Position numbers and translations under genes: made by a program. Source: Candidatus Altiarchaeota archaeon (GTDB taxonomy: Archaea > Altiarchaeota > Altiarchaeia > IMC4 > SCGC-AAA252-I15). Taken from it: a stretch of 64,000 bases of DNA. The stretch covers positions 3,901 through 67,900 of the forward strand of contig JAZDNF010000006.1 in assembly GCA_043800255.1 (NCBI GenBank), written 5' to 3'. Of the stretch, positions 10,242 to 19,858 are shown one piece after another (positions within the stretch are counted from its first letter, which is position 1; each line of letters opens with the position of its first letter). The notes under the pieces are model-generated. The model was not told the DNA's origin. It did not search any database and was given only the letters and a program-made list of their open reading frames with translations.

Positions 10242-12773
10242 ATGAGCCAGGGGAACGGGGAAAAGGTGAAAAGCAGGCCTACAACCCCGAAAAAACAAGA
10301 ACAACCTGAAGTCAAAAGCATAGAGCCGAAAAGAATAGAGACGACACAGGACCCTAAGTTCGCATACTCTGAAATCAACGGCATCAAAGTCTTCGGCCCA
10401 AACCCTGTGGAAACCGATGAGAAAGGAGATTTTGTCCACAATTCCACAGTATTCCCCGACGACGGCGTAATAGTGACCTCTCCCAGGATGCACGCCTACC
10501 AAATCCTTAGATATGCGGATTTCCTAGCAGGACAGAGCGGACGACGTCCAGAAGAGGAGGAGAGTAGATTCGCAAACCAGACAGTAAGATGCTTCACGAG
10601 AGGCAAGAAGTATTATATCAGGGTAGAAGAGGAAACTCCGGAGTCGATAGGAAAGTATGCAGCAGCAGCCGAATTATTAGAGAATTTCGTCGAGCCGACA
10701 TCCATAAAGTTCACGGAAATCAGGGATCAGTCGGTTAGAGAGCAATTCAAACGGAGGGGAAAGTACCATCTCGTCGCCCCGGAGCCGATGACAGACGAGG
10801 CTATCAGAGACTACACTGGACACGCTTACGTTCACCTGAATACGGCAAACAGGTACTATCACATGGACTCTGGCGAGCGGCTTCTGACTCCGTCAGAGTT
10901 TGAAAAGATCAGGAGAGACGTAGGAGACAGGGAGAAATTCCTGGGCAGACTCCATGAGATTGTGCAACTAAACGCCGATAAAAAATTACACGAACGGGGA
11001 GAGGTTGAACTTTACAACGTGGACGAACACAGATTCAGCATCCAAAAGGACATCAAAGGGTTTCTTGATATTGCTGAAAAAATCGATGAAACCGGATGGG
11101 ATAAAAGCGACATAAGAACGAAATTCGAATCCCTCGTCGACAGGTTCAGAAATGCCACAAACCCGGAGGACAGGAAAGACAGCATCAACAGCGCAGGATG
11201 GCGTAACAGGATGTACGCCAAACTCAAGGGAATGCCCGGCGAGGAATACCCGACCATGCGCCTTACTCCCGCCCTTTTCATGTACCTAGAATGGTATCCT
11301 GGAGCCGAGATTAAGGACAATAAGATGACATACGACCCAAAGGTCAAACCCGTTGCAAGGGAGATTATAGAACACTTCCATGGCAGATTCCCAAACCTCG
11401 AATACGTCAACATAGGACGCATAAAACACAAACTCGTGGAAGAGACGAAGGTCAGAAGGCCTGGCAGGGAAGTATACCTTGTAATGTTGAGAAACAAGGG
11501 GGAGAAGGAGGAGAGAGCCTTCGAAGTGAGAGAGCAGAAAGTCGATGTGAAATCGATAATCGGCGGATTCCTGAAGGAGGGCAGGATAACCGAAGAAGAC
11601 ATCAGAAACGAAACAGAACAGTATAAACAGTGCCTGAAGGAAGCGCAAAAGAAGTCGCTGGCTTATAAGAACTACGTAAACAACAGGATCATAATCAACA
11701 ACATGCTGGGCATGAGAATGCAAACGCCAGAGCCGTTAAGCCTTGAGAACAGCGAAGAGTACTTTATCTGGAAGTTCATACCAGGCATCGAAACCTCAAG
11801 CATCCCGTCAGTCTACTTCGGAGACAAGAGCTGCGTAACGGAGTCTGCAGTTCAGATGGGAAGGGTTGCCGCAATAAACATGATAACCGGCAGGCGCATG
11901 TTCGACATGGGCACAGAAGTCGCGTCGTTCTCGAAAAGGTTTCTCTCACGCGGACAAAAGCCGGGCGAGATCATGATCGTCGAGCCGGTTACAACGCTCG
12001 AGGAATTAGACAAAAGATTAGACGACCCCGCAAACACGGAGATATACGCCCAAAGCCTCAAAAGAATCCTTTCAAAAGCCGGCGGCGAAGGTCTCGGCGA
12101 CAGAGAGTTCGACGAGATAAAAGGAGCGTTCTACTCGTCCCTTGGGAGAACGTATAATACCATCCGCAACAATTACCTGAAGAATCGTGACGAGTGGAGG
12201 AACCTGTTCGCAAATGTCGAGAAGGACGAGTATGACATACACAACAAATGGCTGAAAGTCCTCGACAGGCTTGAAAAGCACGACGACCCTAGAACTATTA
12301 CAAGAGCGACAGAACAGTGCCTGCAGGAGATCGAGGACATCAGAAAAGTAGAAGCCGGCGAAGGACTCAAGTGGGAGAAGATAGAGAGAGGATACGGGAT
12401 GACGGGAAAACTCGTCAACCAGGCCGGCTTGCACGGCAGACCAGCCAAGACGGTCGCGGCGGCGGTGAAACACTACAAGAACGCTGACAAAAGCCTTGAC
12501 GTGCAAGTCTACGACGACCGTGCTGGAAACTTCGTACCGGCAGAAAGCGTGATAAGTCTCCTCCTCATGGCAGCCACCAAGGGCACGGACCTGCATTTTC
12601 ACGCAACCTGCGACGACGAGAGGATAGCGAAGAGAGTCTTGAACGACATCGGCCACATGATCAACGTCGGGTTCCACGAAACCATGAACGAAAAAGGTTA
12701 CCCGCAATTCAACAGTGAAAAATTGGAGGAAGAGCTAGGCTACCAGCCAGGGGTTTTGAGGATAAAATCGTAG
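10242..12773 (+). CDS. 843-aa protein whose ~720-aa N-terminal region is of unknown function, fused to a C-terminal HPr-like phosphocarrier domain.
   Basis: The C-terminal ~90 aa read GKLVNQAGLHGRPAKTVAAAVKHYKNADKSLDVQVYDDRAGNFVPAESVISLLLMAATKGTDLHFHATCDDERIAKRVLNDIGHMINVGF. This matches the HPr fold pattern including the active-site GLH(A/G)RPA motif, with the His codon at ~12432. The N-terminal region has no P-loop and only weak resemblance to AceK-like atypical kinase motifs (VMLRNKGEKEERAFEVREQKV; AAINMITGRRMFDMG). Confidence 0.75.
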   Translation: MSQGNGEKVKSRPTTPKKQEQPEVKSIEPKRIETTQDPKFAYSEINGIKVFGPNPVETDEKGDFVHNSTVFPDDGVIVTSPRMHAYQILRYADFLAGQSGRRPEEEESRFANQTVRCFTRGKKYYIRVEEETPESIGKYAAAAELLENFVEPTSIKFTEIRDQSVREQFKRRGKYHLVAPEPMTDEAIRDYTGHAYVHLNTANRYYHMDSGERLLTPSEFEKIRRDVGDREKFLGRLHEIVQLNADKKLHERGEVELYNVDEHRFSIQKDIKGFLDIAEKIDETGWDKSDIRTKFESLVDRFRNATNPEDRKDSINSAGWRNRMYAKLKGMPGEEYPTMRLTPALFMYLEWYPGAEIKDNKMTYDPKVKPVAREIIEHFHGRFPNLEYVNIGRIKHKLVEETKVRRPGREVYLVMLRNKGEKEERAFEVREQKVDVKSIIGGFLKEGRITEEDIRNETEQYKQCLKEAQKKSLAYKNYVNNRIIINNMLGMRMQTPEPLSLENSEEYFIWKFIPGIETSSIPSVYFGDKSCVTESAVQMGRVAAINMITGRRMFDMGTEVASFSKRFLSRGQKPGEIMIVEPVTTLEELDKRLDDPANTEIYAQSLKRILSKAGGEGLGDREFDEIKGAFYSSLGRTYNTIRNNYLKNRDEWRNLFANVEKDEYDIHNKWLKVLDRLEKHDDPRTITRATEQCLQEIEDIRKVEAGEGLKWEKIERGYGMTGKLVNQAGLHGRPAKTVAAAVKHYKNADKSLDVQVYDDRAGNFVPAESVISLLLMAATKGTDLHFHATCDDERIAKRVLNDIGHMINVGFHETMNEKGYPQFNSEKLEEELGYQPGVLRIKS

Positions 12774-12778
12774 GTTCG

Positions 12779-13894
12779 TCATTTCAAGGCCTTCAACAGA
12801 TCAGCAGAATCATACCTTAATAGGATGTCCCTGTTCCTGCCCCGCTCACCCGTCTTATAGGAAGTGTCTATCAGCTTGTAATGCTCCAGCTTCTGGATGA
12901 TCTGATTGTACTTTTTTATGCCGATTCTCGTGTCCCTGTTGAAGGCTTCGTAGATTTCGCCTGACGACTTTATGTCTGAGGAGGCTATCAGACGCAGAAG
13001 CTCCCCCTCCTCAGCATCCAATGCCCCGACGACCTTCTTAAGGCCGAGCAGCCTGGAACCCTTCTCAAACGCCTCCTCAACATGCTCCTTCGTAACCTTC
13101 TTCGAAGCCTTCGACTCCGCGAGGTATGCGCTCCTCCTCAGCAGGTCTATGCCAACCCTCAGATCACCCTGCGAGAACGTCTTCTCAACGACAATGTCCA
13201 GCACATTCTCGGATACCACGCCAGGATAGAAGCCGAACTTAGCTCGGTTGAGGAGTATCTCCCTGATCTCACTCACAGTATAAGGCTGGAAGAAAATCTC
13301 CTGCGGATTATAAACCGACTTCGTCTTCACATCCAACTGAGACATGTATTTTTCGTCTATCATGATCCCGATTATGCCGACCTTGTCGAAACCGTAGGAG
13401 CTGTGCGCCTTCAACAAGTCCAAGAGAACGCTGTCAACGTTCTTCTCCAAGAACAGGTTGTCGAACTCGTCCAATGCGACAGCCAGCGTCTTCTTCTCCG
13501 AAGTCAATTTCCTGAAAACCCTCTCCTTCACGGACTCCAGAGGCTTGCCGGTGTCAGGAGGACTGTGACCGAACACCTTCTCATGTATCTTAGAGAATAT
13601 GGAAAAGCGGGTGTGACAGTCCTCACAGTTGATGTAAACGGGAAGAAGCCGGGAAGTCTCCTCAGCGACCTGATTGAACAAGTATTTGATGGCAGTAGTC
13701 TTCCCCGTGCCCGGAGGCCCGTGGAGCAACGTATTCAAAGGGCTCACACCCCTCAGACCAGGCTTCAACGCAAGACTCAACCCCCCCAACTGGTCATCCC
13801 TGTGGATGAAATCCTCAGGAACATAGGACGGCGTGAAAACCTCCTCATCCTTGAAGAGCGTCTCATCCGACATGAGGAGTTTAGCCTTTTTCAC
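12779..13894 (-). CDS. cdc6: Orc1/Cdc6 replication initiator (AAA+ ATPase with winged helix).
   Basis: 371 aa with Walker A GPPGTGKT, Walker B LDEFD, and a C-terminal winged-helix region. Confidence 0.9.
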   Translation of the reverse strand: MKKAKLLMSDETLFKDEEVFTPSYVPEDFIHRDDQLGGLSLALKPGLRGVSPLNTLLHGPPGTGKTTAIKYLFNQVAEETSRLLPVYINCEDCHTRFSIFSKIHEKVFGHSPPDTGKPLESVKERVFRKLTSEKKTLAVALDEFDNLFLEKNVDSVLLDLLKAHSSYGFDKVGIIGIMIDEKYMSQLDVKTKSVYNPQEIFFQPYTVSEIREILLNRAKFGFYPGVVSENVLDIVVEKTFSQGDLRVGIDLLRRSAYLAESKASKKVTKEHVEEAFEKGSRLLGLKKVVGALDAEEGELLRLIASSDIKSSGEIYEAFNRDTRIGIKKYNQIIQKLEHYKLIDTSYKTGERGRNRDILLRYDSADLLKALK

Positions 13895-14249
13895 CTTAGA
13901 TATTGGGGGGTGGCATTATTTAACAGGGCGCAAGTTAAAAAAAAAGGTTAGGGTATGAGGGACTAGTGTATTAGGGTTACACTCAACCATTTCGGTCTGA
14001 AGCCGAGGTTTCTTTTGACGTAGAGGCTGTGGTAGTCCTTAAGCCGCACGTCCAAATTCTGGTCCTTTACCCGTCCTATACAAGGTGCCTTTTGTATCAT
14101 TTTGTCCTTCATACCCTTGATCCAAGTGGATTGTGAGAACCCCAACCACCCGGGAGGCATTATAGTCTTCGATTGGGCAGTATATACTGCTTGGGTGAGA
14201 GAGCGGGGGAAAAGTAATCTGCGGACATATTACCCAATAATGAGTAGTT

Positions 14250-14275
14250 ACAAAAAATCGAGTATTTTTAAACCA
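14250..14275 (+). promoter_or_regulatory. Putative archaeal TATA box upstream of the riboflavin operon.
   Basis: cgagTATTTTTAAAcc lies ~30-45 nt upstream of the ribB ATG at 14301. Confidence 0.4.
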
Positions 14276-14300
14276 TCAGGCGCACATATATTACCCTATC

Positions 14301-15427
<1,127 letters not shown>

Positions 15428-15442
15428 ATGAGGTGATATGAT

Positions 15443-15856
15443 ATGGAAAAAATAAACATGGGGATTGTTGCGGCAGAGTTCAACTATGACATAACCTATG
15501 CGATGGTCGAACTCGCCAAAGAGCACGCCGCATTCTTGGGGGCGAACGTCGTGGACATAAAGAAAGTTCCCGGAGTGTTTGACATGCCGTTGGTCGTCAA
15601 GCAGATGCTCAAGAGGAAGAACATAGACTGCGTCGTAACCCTCGGAGCAGTCATAGAAGGGCAGACGGAGCACGACGAGATTGTCATGCAACACGCTTCG
15701 AGGAAGATAGCAGACCTGGCTTTGGAGTATGAGAAGCCGACCGCGTTGGGCATTGCAGGACCCGGTATGTCAAGGCTTGAAGCCCACAAGAGGGTCGAGT
15801 ACGCGAAACGCGCCGTAGAAGCAGCAATCAAGACATGCAAAGTGCTGAGAGCATAG
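15443..15856 (+). CDS. ribH: 6,7-dimethyl-8-ribityllumazine synthase.
   Basis: 137 aa, ...GIVAAEFNYDIT...VVTLGAVIEGQTEHDEIV... lumazine synthase pattern. Confidence 0.9.
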   Translation: MEKINMGIVAAEFNYDITYAMVELAKEHAAFLGANVVDIKKVPGVFDMPLVVKQMLKRKNIDCVVTLGAVIEGQTEHDEIVMQHASRKIADLALEYEKPTALGIAGPGMSRLEAHKRVEYAKRAVEAAIKTCKVLRA

Positions 15857-15886
15857 TATTCTACCGCCAGCTTCCGTAATATTAAC

Positions 15887-16474
15887 GTGGAAGCCCAGAT
15901 GGGGAAGGACGCCTTCAGAAGGCGGTGGGACGACTACCTGAAGAACGAAGTCCCGAAGCTCATGGAGGAGGGCGTAAGAGACGGTAAACTTGACAAGGTC
16001 ACGTATCCCTCCATCGTTCTCGACGCGAGCGCACTCCAGATAGAGAGTCTGAACCTCCCTTCCGAGGAGGAAACGGCCGTAAAAGCGATAAACGCCAGGG
16101 AAGTCCAGTACGCCTCGCTGATAAAAAAGCTCGGCAGAGGCGAAAAACTTACCGAAAAAGATTCCACGAGATTCTACGACACATTCCGTGCAGATGTTTC
16201 CGAGATGAGACAAGACCTGAAACTCTCGGACATAAACCTCAGGAGAGATGAGGACACGAAATTAAACCAGTTTCTCAAAACAGACCTCACGAAAATCCAC
16301 GAACAGGGTACTCTGACAGGAGAGACCATCATGTCAGCGTTGAAATTCAACAGACTCCACCTCAGAGCCAGACTGGGCGATGAGAAGTTCAGGGAATATC
16401 TTGAGCTTGACAGGATAGCGAGAGACAGCCTCAGAAAAGAGAGCATGAAAAAAGCGCCGCCAGAGCTGAACTGA
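15887..16474 (+). CDS. Hypothetical protein (195 aa, predicted helical) embedded in the riboflavin cluster.
   Basis: Complete ORF between ribH and the pyrimidine reductase gene. No recognisable motif. Confidence 0.5.
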   Translation: MEAQMGKDAFRRRWDDYLKNEVPKLMEEGVRDGKLDKVTYPSIVLDASALQIESLNLPSEEETAVKAINAREVQYASLIKKLGRGEKLTEKDSTRFYDTFRADVSEMRQDLKLSDINLRRDEDTKLNQFLKTDLTKIHEQGTLTGETIMSALKFNRLHLRARLGDEKFREYLELDRIARDSLRKESMKKAPPELN

Positions 16475-16518
16475 ACCGTTTAAATACAGCTAATAGAATA
16501 TGTAACCGGTGGGTCAGG

Positions 16519-17148
16519 TTGGAACCGTACGTCATACTGAATTCTGCGATAAGCTTGGACGGCAAGATAGGCGGCAAAGCCAAGCAGATGGTCTTCTCCA
16601 ACAGGCTTGACACGTATAGGGTGAAGCAGCTGAGGGGGTCTGTTGACGCTGTCATGGTCGGCATAGAGACCATAAAGGCCGACAATCCTGAAATCTTGGT
16701 TAAAACCTCCGAGGGGAAGGAGCCTGTCAAGGTTATCATAGACCCGAAAGCAGAAATCCCGTTGGACGCGAACATACTCAAGGAGGACGCGCCCATAATA
16801 GTGGTGACTTCGAAGTCTGCAATTGGAAATAGGGTCGAGAGGATAAAAAACGCCGGCAAAAATGTTGAAGTAATGCAGATCGGCAGGGACGCAGTAAACC
16901 TCCGCGAGATGCTCTGGAGGCTCTATGAGATGCGCATCAGGAAAGTCCTGCTGGAAGGAGGCAGGAGCCTCGCGAGGAAGATGCTCAACGAAGGCTTCGT
17001 CAACGAGATGTTCCTCACAGTCGCCCCCAGGCTGATAGGAGACGGCATCGGATTCTTTCAGGGGGATGTTGACAAGGACATCGACCTCAAGCTTGAGGGA
17101 ATCCTGCAGTACGGAGACCTCGTAGTATTACATTATACCGTAAAATAA
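16519..17148 (+). CDS. 2,5-diamino-6-ribosylamino-4(3H)-pyrimidinone 5'-phosphate reductase (RibD reductase-domain / ArfC-like).
   Basis: 209 aa, ...YVILNSAISLDGKIG...VDAVMVG..TIKADNP.L...VLLEGGRSL..., the dihydrofolate-reductase-like RibD C-terminal-domain pattern. Confidence 0.8.
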   Translation: MEPYVILNSAISLDGKIGGKAKQMVFSNRLDTYRVKQLRGSVDAVMVGIETIKADNPEILVKTSEGKEPVKVIIDPKAEIPLDANILKEDAPIIVVTSKSAIGNRVERIKNAGKNVEVMQIGRDAVNLREMLWRLYEMRIRKVLLEGGRSLARKMLNEGFVNEMFLTVAPRLIGDGIGFFQGDVDKDIDLKLEGILQYGDLVVLHYTVK

Positions 17149-17150
17149 GC

Positions 17151-18401
17151 CTACTTCTCTCCAGGGTACATCTCCAGAAGCTCTAATGCGTAATCTCCCA
17201 GTTCCGAGCGCACCTGCCCGCCCGGGTTGTCTTTTCTCACTATATGCCTGAGACATCTTCTGGCTGACTCTTTGCTATTCTTGTCGTAGAATTCCTCGTC
17301 ATCAGCCGGCTTGTTCGCCAGATGATAGGGAGTCCTGCCTGCGAGACGGTCTTCGAACTTTCTGATCACTTTTTCTGTGATGATGTCAGGCCGCCGGTCT
17401 ACTATGCCGTTGAACAGCGTCACCATGTCAGATCGGGTAGAGGCTGACAGCAGGTCGCTTACTATGGCGCCCGCAAGATTCTCCATGAAATCCTCAGTAA
17501 GCAACTGGGGACGTGTAGCCGCGACCCCAGTGATATTCTTCAGCATGTGAGTGTACATCCAGCTGTACTGTTCGTTGGTTATGCTCCTGTCAAAGTCTGT
17601 CTTCCGGAAAAACTCGACCGAGTTTCCAGCTGCCCTGGCGACATAGTGTATTTTTTTGGCGAAAGCTCCCATTGGATGCTTCTCCTTTGTGACAATGTCC
17701 CAGAGGTTCTCATCCCTTTTAGAGATTGTAGCACTGGGCAGTATCTCAACCCCATTTTTGTCAAGCGCCTTGTAGACTTCACGGTTCACGTGCTTTAGTT
17801 TGGGGTCGGCGTCGTTCCCTTCCGGAGAGTCCAACAGTTTCCGATACTCTGCCCCAAGAGTCAGCCTCTTCACCATAGTGCCGAACTCGTCAGACGCCAG
17901 GCCCAGTCCCCTGGTGAAGCCGCCTAACGCTTTGACCGCCCGTTCCTTGGGGGTATCATCCGTCTGTATCACGCTTGCCAGCGCCTTCCCAGCGTACTTG
18001 TAAGTGTCATGGTCGGTTTCGATTATGTTATCGTCTCTTATCATCTCAGAGAGGTCTTTTATCGCCAGGTCAGCCCACTTTGACCTCTGAGCAGGCGTCT
18101 TGAAAACTATCCGGCTCAATGCAAAACCAACATAGGATTTCGCCTCCTTGCCTGCGTTGTACTTCCGAAGGGTGTCAACCAGCAGCTTGTATGCCGGCTG
18201 CGCAATCTCATCCGGCCCGTCTATAACGTATTTATCGAGCTTCTTGCAGGCAGAATCCATCTTCTGAGTGTCATCGCCTTCCAGGATGCCCTTAGCCTCA
18301 GCGATAGTTGATAAAGCCTCCATCAGAAAAGGCTCCCTCAACAGGGGGAGCTTGTCAGAGCCGCCACCCTCCAAGTTCAGCTTGACGATTTTAGTGGTCA
18401 T
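17151..18401 (-). CDS. Hypothetical all-alpha protein (416 aa). Its N-terminal 19 aa are identical or near-identical to those of the adjacent paralog.
   Basis: Starts MTTKIVKLNLEGGGSDKLP. 4-nt overlap with the upstream gene. Last gene of a minus-strand operon. Confidence 0.6.
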   Translation of the reverse strand: MTTKIVKLNLEGGGSDKLPLLREPFLMEALSTIAEAKGILEGDDTQKMDSACKKLDKYVIDGPDEIAQPAYKLLVDTLRKYNAGKEAKSYVGFALSRIVFKTPAQRSKWADLAIKDLSEMIRDDNIIETDHDTYKYAGKALASVIQTDDTPKERAVKALGGFTRGLGLASDEFGTMVKRLTLGAEYRKLLDSPEGNDADPKLKHVNREVYKALDKNGVEILPSATISKRDENLWDIVTKEKHPMGAFAKKIHYVARAAGNSVEFFRKTDFDRSITNEQYSWMYTHMLKNITGVAATRPQLLTEDFMENLAGAIVSDLLSASTRSDMVTLFNGIVDRRPDIITEKVIRKFEDRLAGRTPYHLANKPADDEEFYDKNSKESARRCLRHIVRKDNPGGQVRSELGDYALELLEMYPGEK

Positions 18402-19057
18402 TTTGGTCTGGGCCAGATTTTATTCTTGCGATGAAATATCCTAACATCCTCACTTAGGTTAGGCGCCAATTGGAACCTTTTCCCGCCAAGATGTATCTCG
18501 CCTGAGTGAGCATTAGATCCCACATTCATTCCAGCGTCACCATCCACCATCACGGTTGCGCCGTCCAGCTCGCTGCCTAGGCCGTTTTCTGCGCTGCCGT
18601 GTATCGTCACCTTCCCGGACTTCGCACCAAACGCGGCGTAATTCCCGACATCCCCCAGTATCGTAACCTCCTTCTGATTGTCCAAGCAGCTGCAAAGGTA
18701 GTTCAGTTTTGGCAGGCGGGCCACATCCAACACAATATTATTGTCCGGACAGTTGTTGATAAGGGCGCTCAGGAACATTCCAGCCTGAAACTGGAAGTAG
18801 ACTTCAGTATCAGAGTACGAAGGCAATATCACATCGATAAACCTTTGCATTGCATTAGCGTCGACAGAGACGCCAGAGGCGGCTTCTGAAGCATATAGGT
18901 AGTTGAAGTGCCCTGAAACCTGAGAGGTAAAACAGGATTGATGGTATTTCTCGTCCAACATCCCGAGAAGCCTCTCATCCACCCGGTTATCTCTCAACTT
19001 CGGCAGCCTGTCAGAGCCGCCACCCTCCAAGTTCAATTTCACAATCTTAGTGGTCAT
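18398..19057 (-). CDS. GXGXXG beta-helix domain protein (glutamate synthase domain-3 / FwdC-like).
   Basis: 219 aa. N-terminus is MTTKIVKLNLEGGGSDRLP. The C-terminal half reads GDVGNYAAFGAKSGKVTIHGSAENGLGSELDGATVMVDGDAGMNVGSNAHSGEIHLGG, a GXGXXG repeat pattern. Confidence 0.7.
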   Translation of the reverse strand: MTTKIVKLNLEGGGSDRLPKLRDNRVDERLLGMLDEKYHQSCFTSQVSGHFNYLYASEAASGVSVDANAMQRFIDVILPSYSDTEVYFQFQAGMFLSALINNCPDNNIVLDVARLPKLNYLCSCLDNQKEVTILGDVGNYAAFGAKSGKVTIHGSAENGLGSELDGATVMVDGDAGMNVGSNAHSGEIHLGGKRFQLAPNLSEDVRIFHRKNKIWPRPK

Positions 19058-19099
19058 TTGAGTTCTTGGGGTAGATGGTGATTTTGAAATTCCAGCTCT

Positions 19100-19858
19100 T
19101 CACATTATATCGTCGAATAGTTTTTTCGCATTGTTGATGTAGTTGAGATCGTGTTTTATTATATCAGACACTGTCTCCCTGCGCTTTTCATCTGTTATGG
19201 TTTCCGCTTTCTTCAGCCCGTTTTTGAGAATCCGCATCGCCTTCTCGCCTCTCCCAGAGGGTATGGAACGCCCCAGAGGCGGTTTGGACTCGTCGACCAG
19301 TGAGTTGGCGAGCGCTGCCCCCGCCCACTTGTTAGTCTCGTATGTGAAGGCTTCGCCTGTGAGAGCATCCTCGAGGACGTCAAAAACGGATTTAACAATG
19401 TCCTCCCTGTCGCCGGGCGCCAAGACTATGACCTTCCTAAGCCCCTGGGATGCAGCCTGCTTGGCGTCGCTGTCAGTTTCACTGTCGGTTAGAGCCTCGG
19501 TCAGAAGAGCCATACCAGCATTAGCCCTCTTCCAGTCCGGGTCTTTGATTACAACATCTGCGACAGCGTCGGCAGCCTTCAGCTTGTCAGACAGCGTTGC
19601 CTTTGGATTGAATAGGAGTTCCCCTTTTGTGCCAGCCAGTTCAGGCTCCTTTAGGGGAGGCATCTCCGCGGCATCCTTCTGGGGTTTCTTCTCCTGAGGA
19701 GGCATACTGTAGGGTTGCTTCTTCGCCTCCTTCGTCTCCCCCGTGCGGAGGTCAACGGTAAACCTTCTCGGAAGCTGTTTTTCTCTAACCATTTGTCGGT
19801 TTTTTGAGGTAGGTTTCTTTGGGGCCTGCCGCCTGTTTTCCGTTAACGTATACTCCAA
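19100..19858 (-). CDS. Hypothetical protein (252 aa, HEAT-like helical). The true start may be the internal Met near 19792.
   Basis: Complete ORF. Its 5' end overlaps the bactofilin gene by 74 nt in a different frame; if Met23 is the start the overlap is 8 nt. Lys/Pro-rich N-terminal region. Confidence 0.5.
   Translation of the reverse strand: MEYTLTENRRQAPKKPTSKNRQMVREKQLPRRFTVDLRTGETKEAKKQPYSMPPQEKKPQKDAAEMPPLKEPELAGTKGELLFNPKATLSDKLKAADAVADVVIKDPDWKRANAGMALLTEALTDSETDSDAKQAASQGLRKVIVLAPGDREDIVKSVFDVLEDALTGEAFTYETNKWAGAALANSLVDESKPPLGRSIPSGRGEKAMRILKNGLKKAETITDEKRRETVSDIIKHDLNYINNAKKLFDDIM

Noticed and set aside
11012-12707. Minus-strand ORFs of 196, 145 and 211 aa
   Set aside because: All lie inside and antisense to the 843-aa HPr-fusion gene. 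They are low-complexity shadow ORFs.
13082-13951. 289-aa plus-strand ORF
   Set aside because: Antisense to orc1/cdc6. No motifs. Spurious shadow ORF.
14110-14135. TCCAAGTGGA dyad resembling an origin-recognition-box core
   Set aside because: Single copy, no adjacent G-string in the correct orientation, and no repeated ORBs. Insufficient to call an origin.
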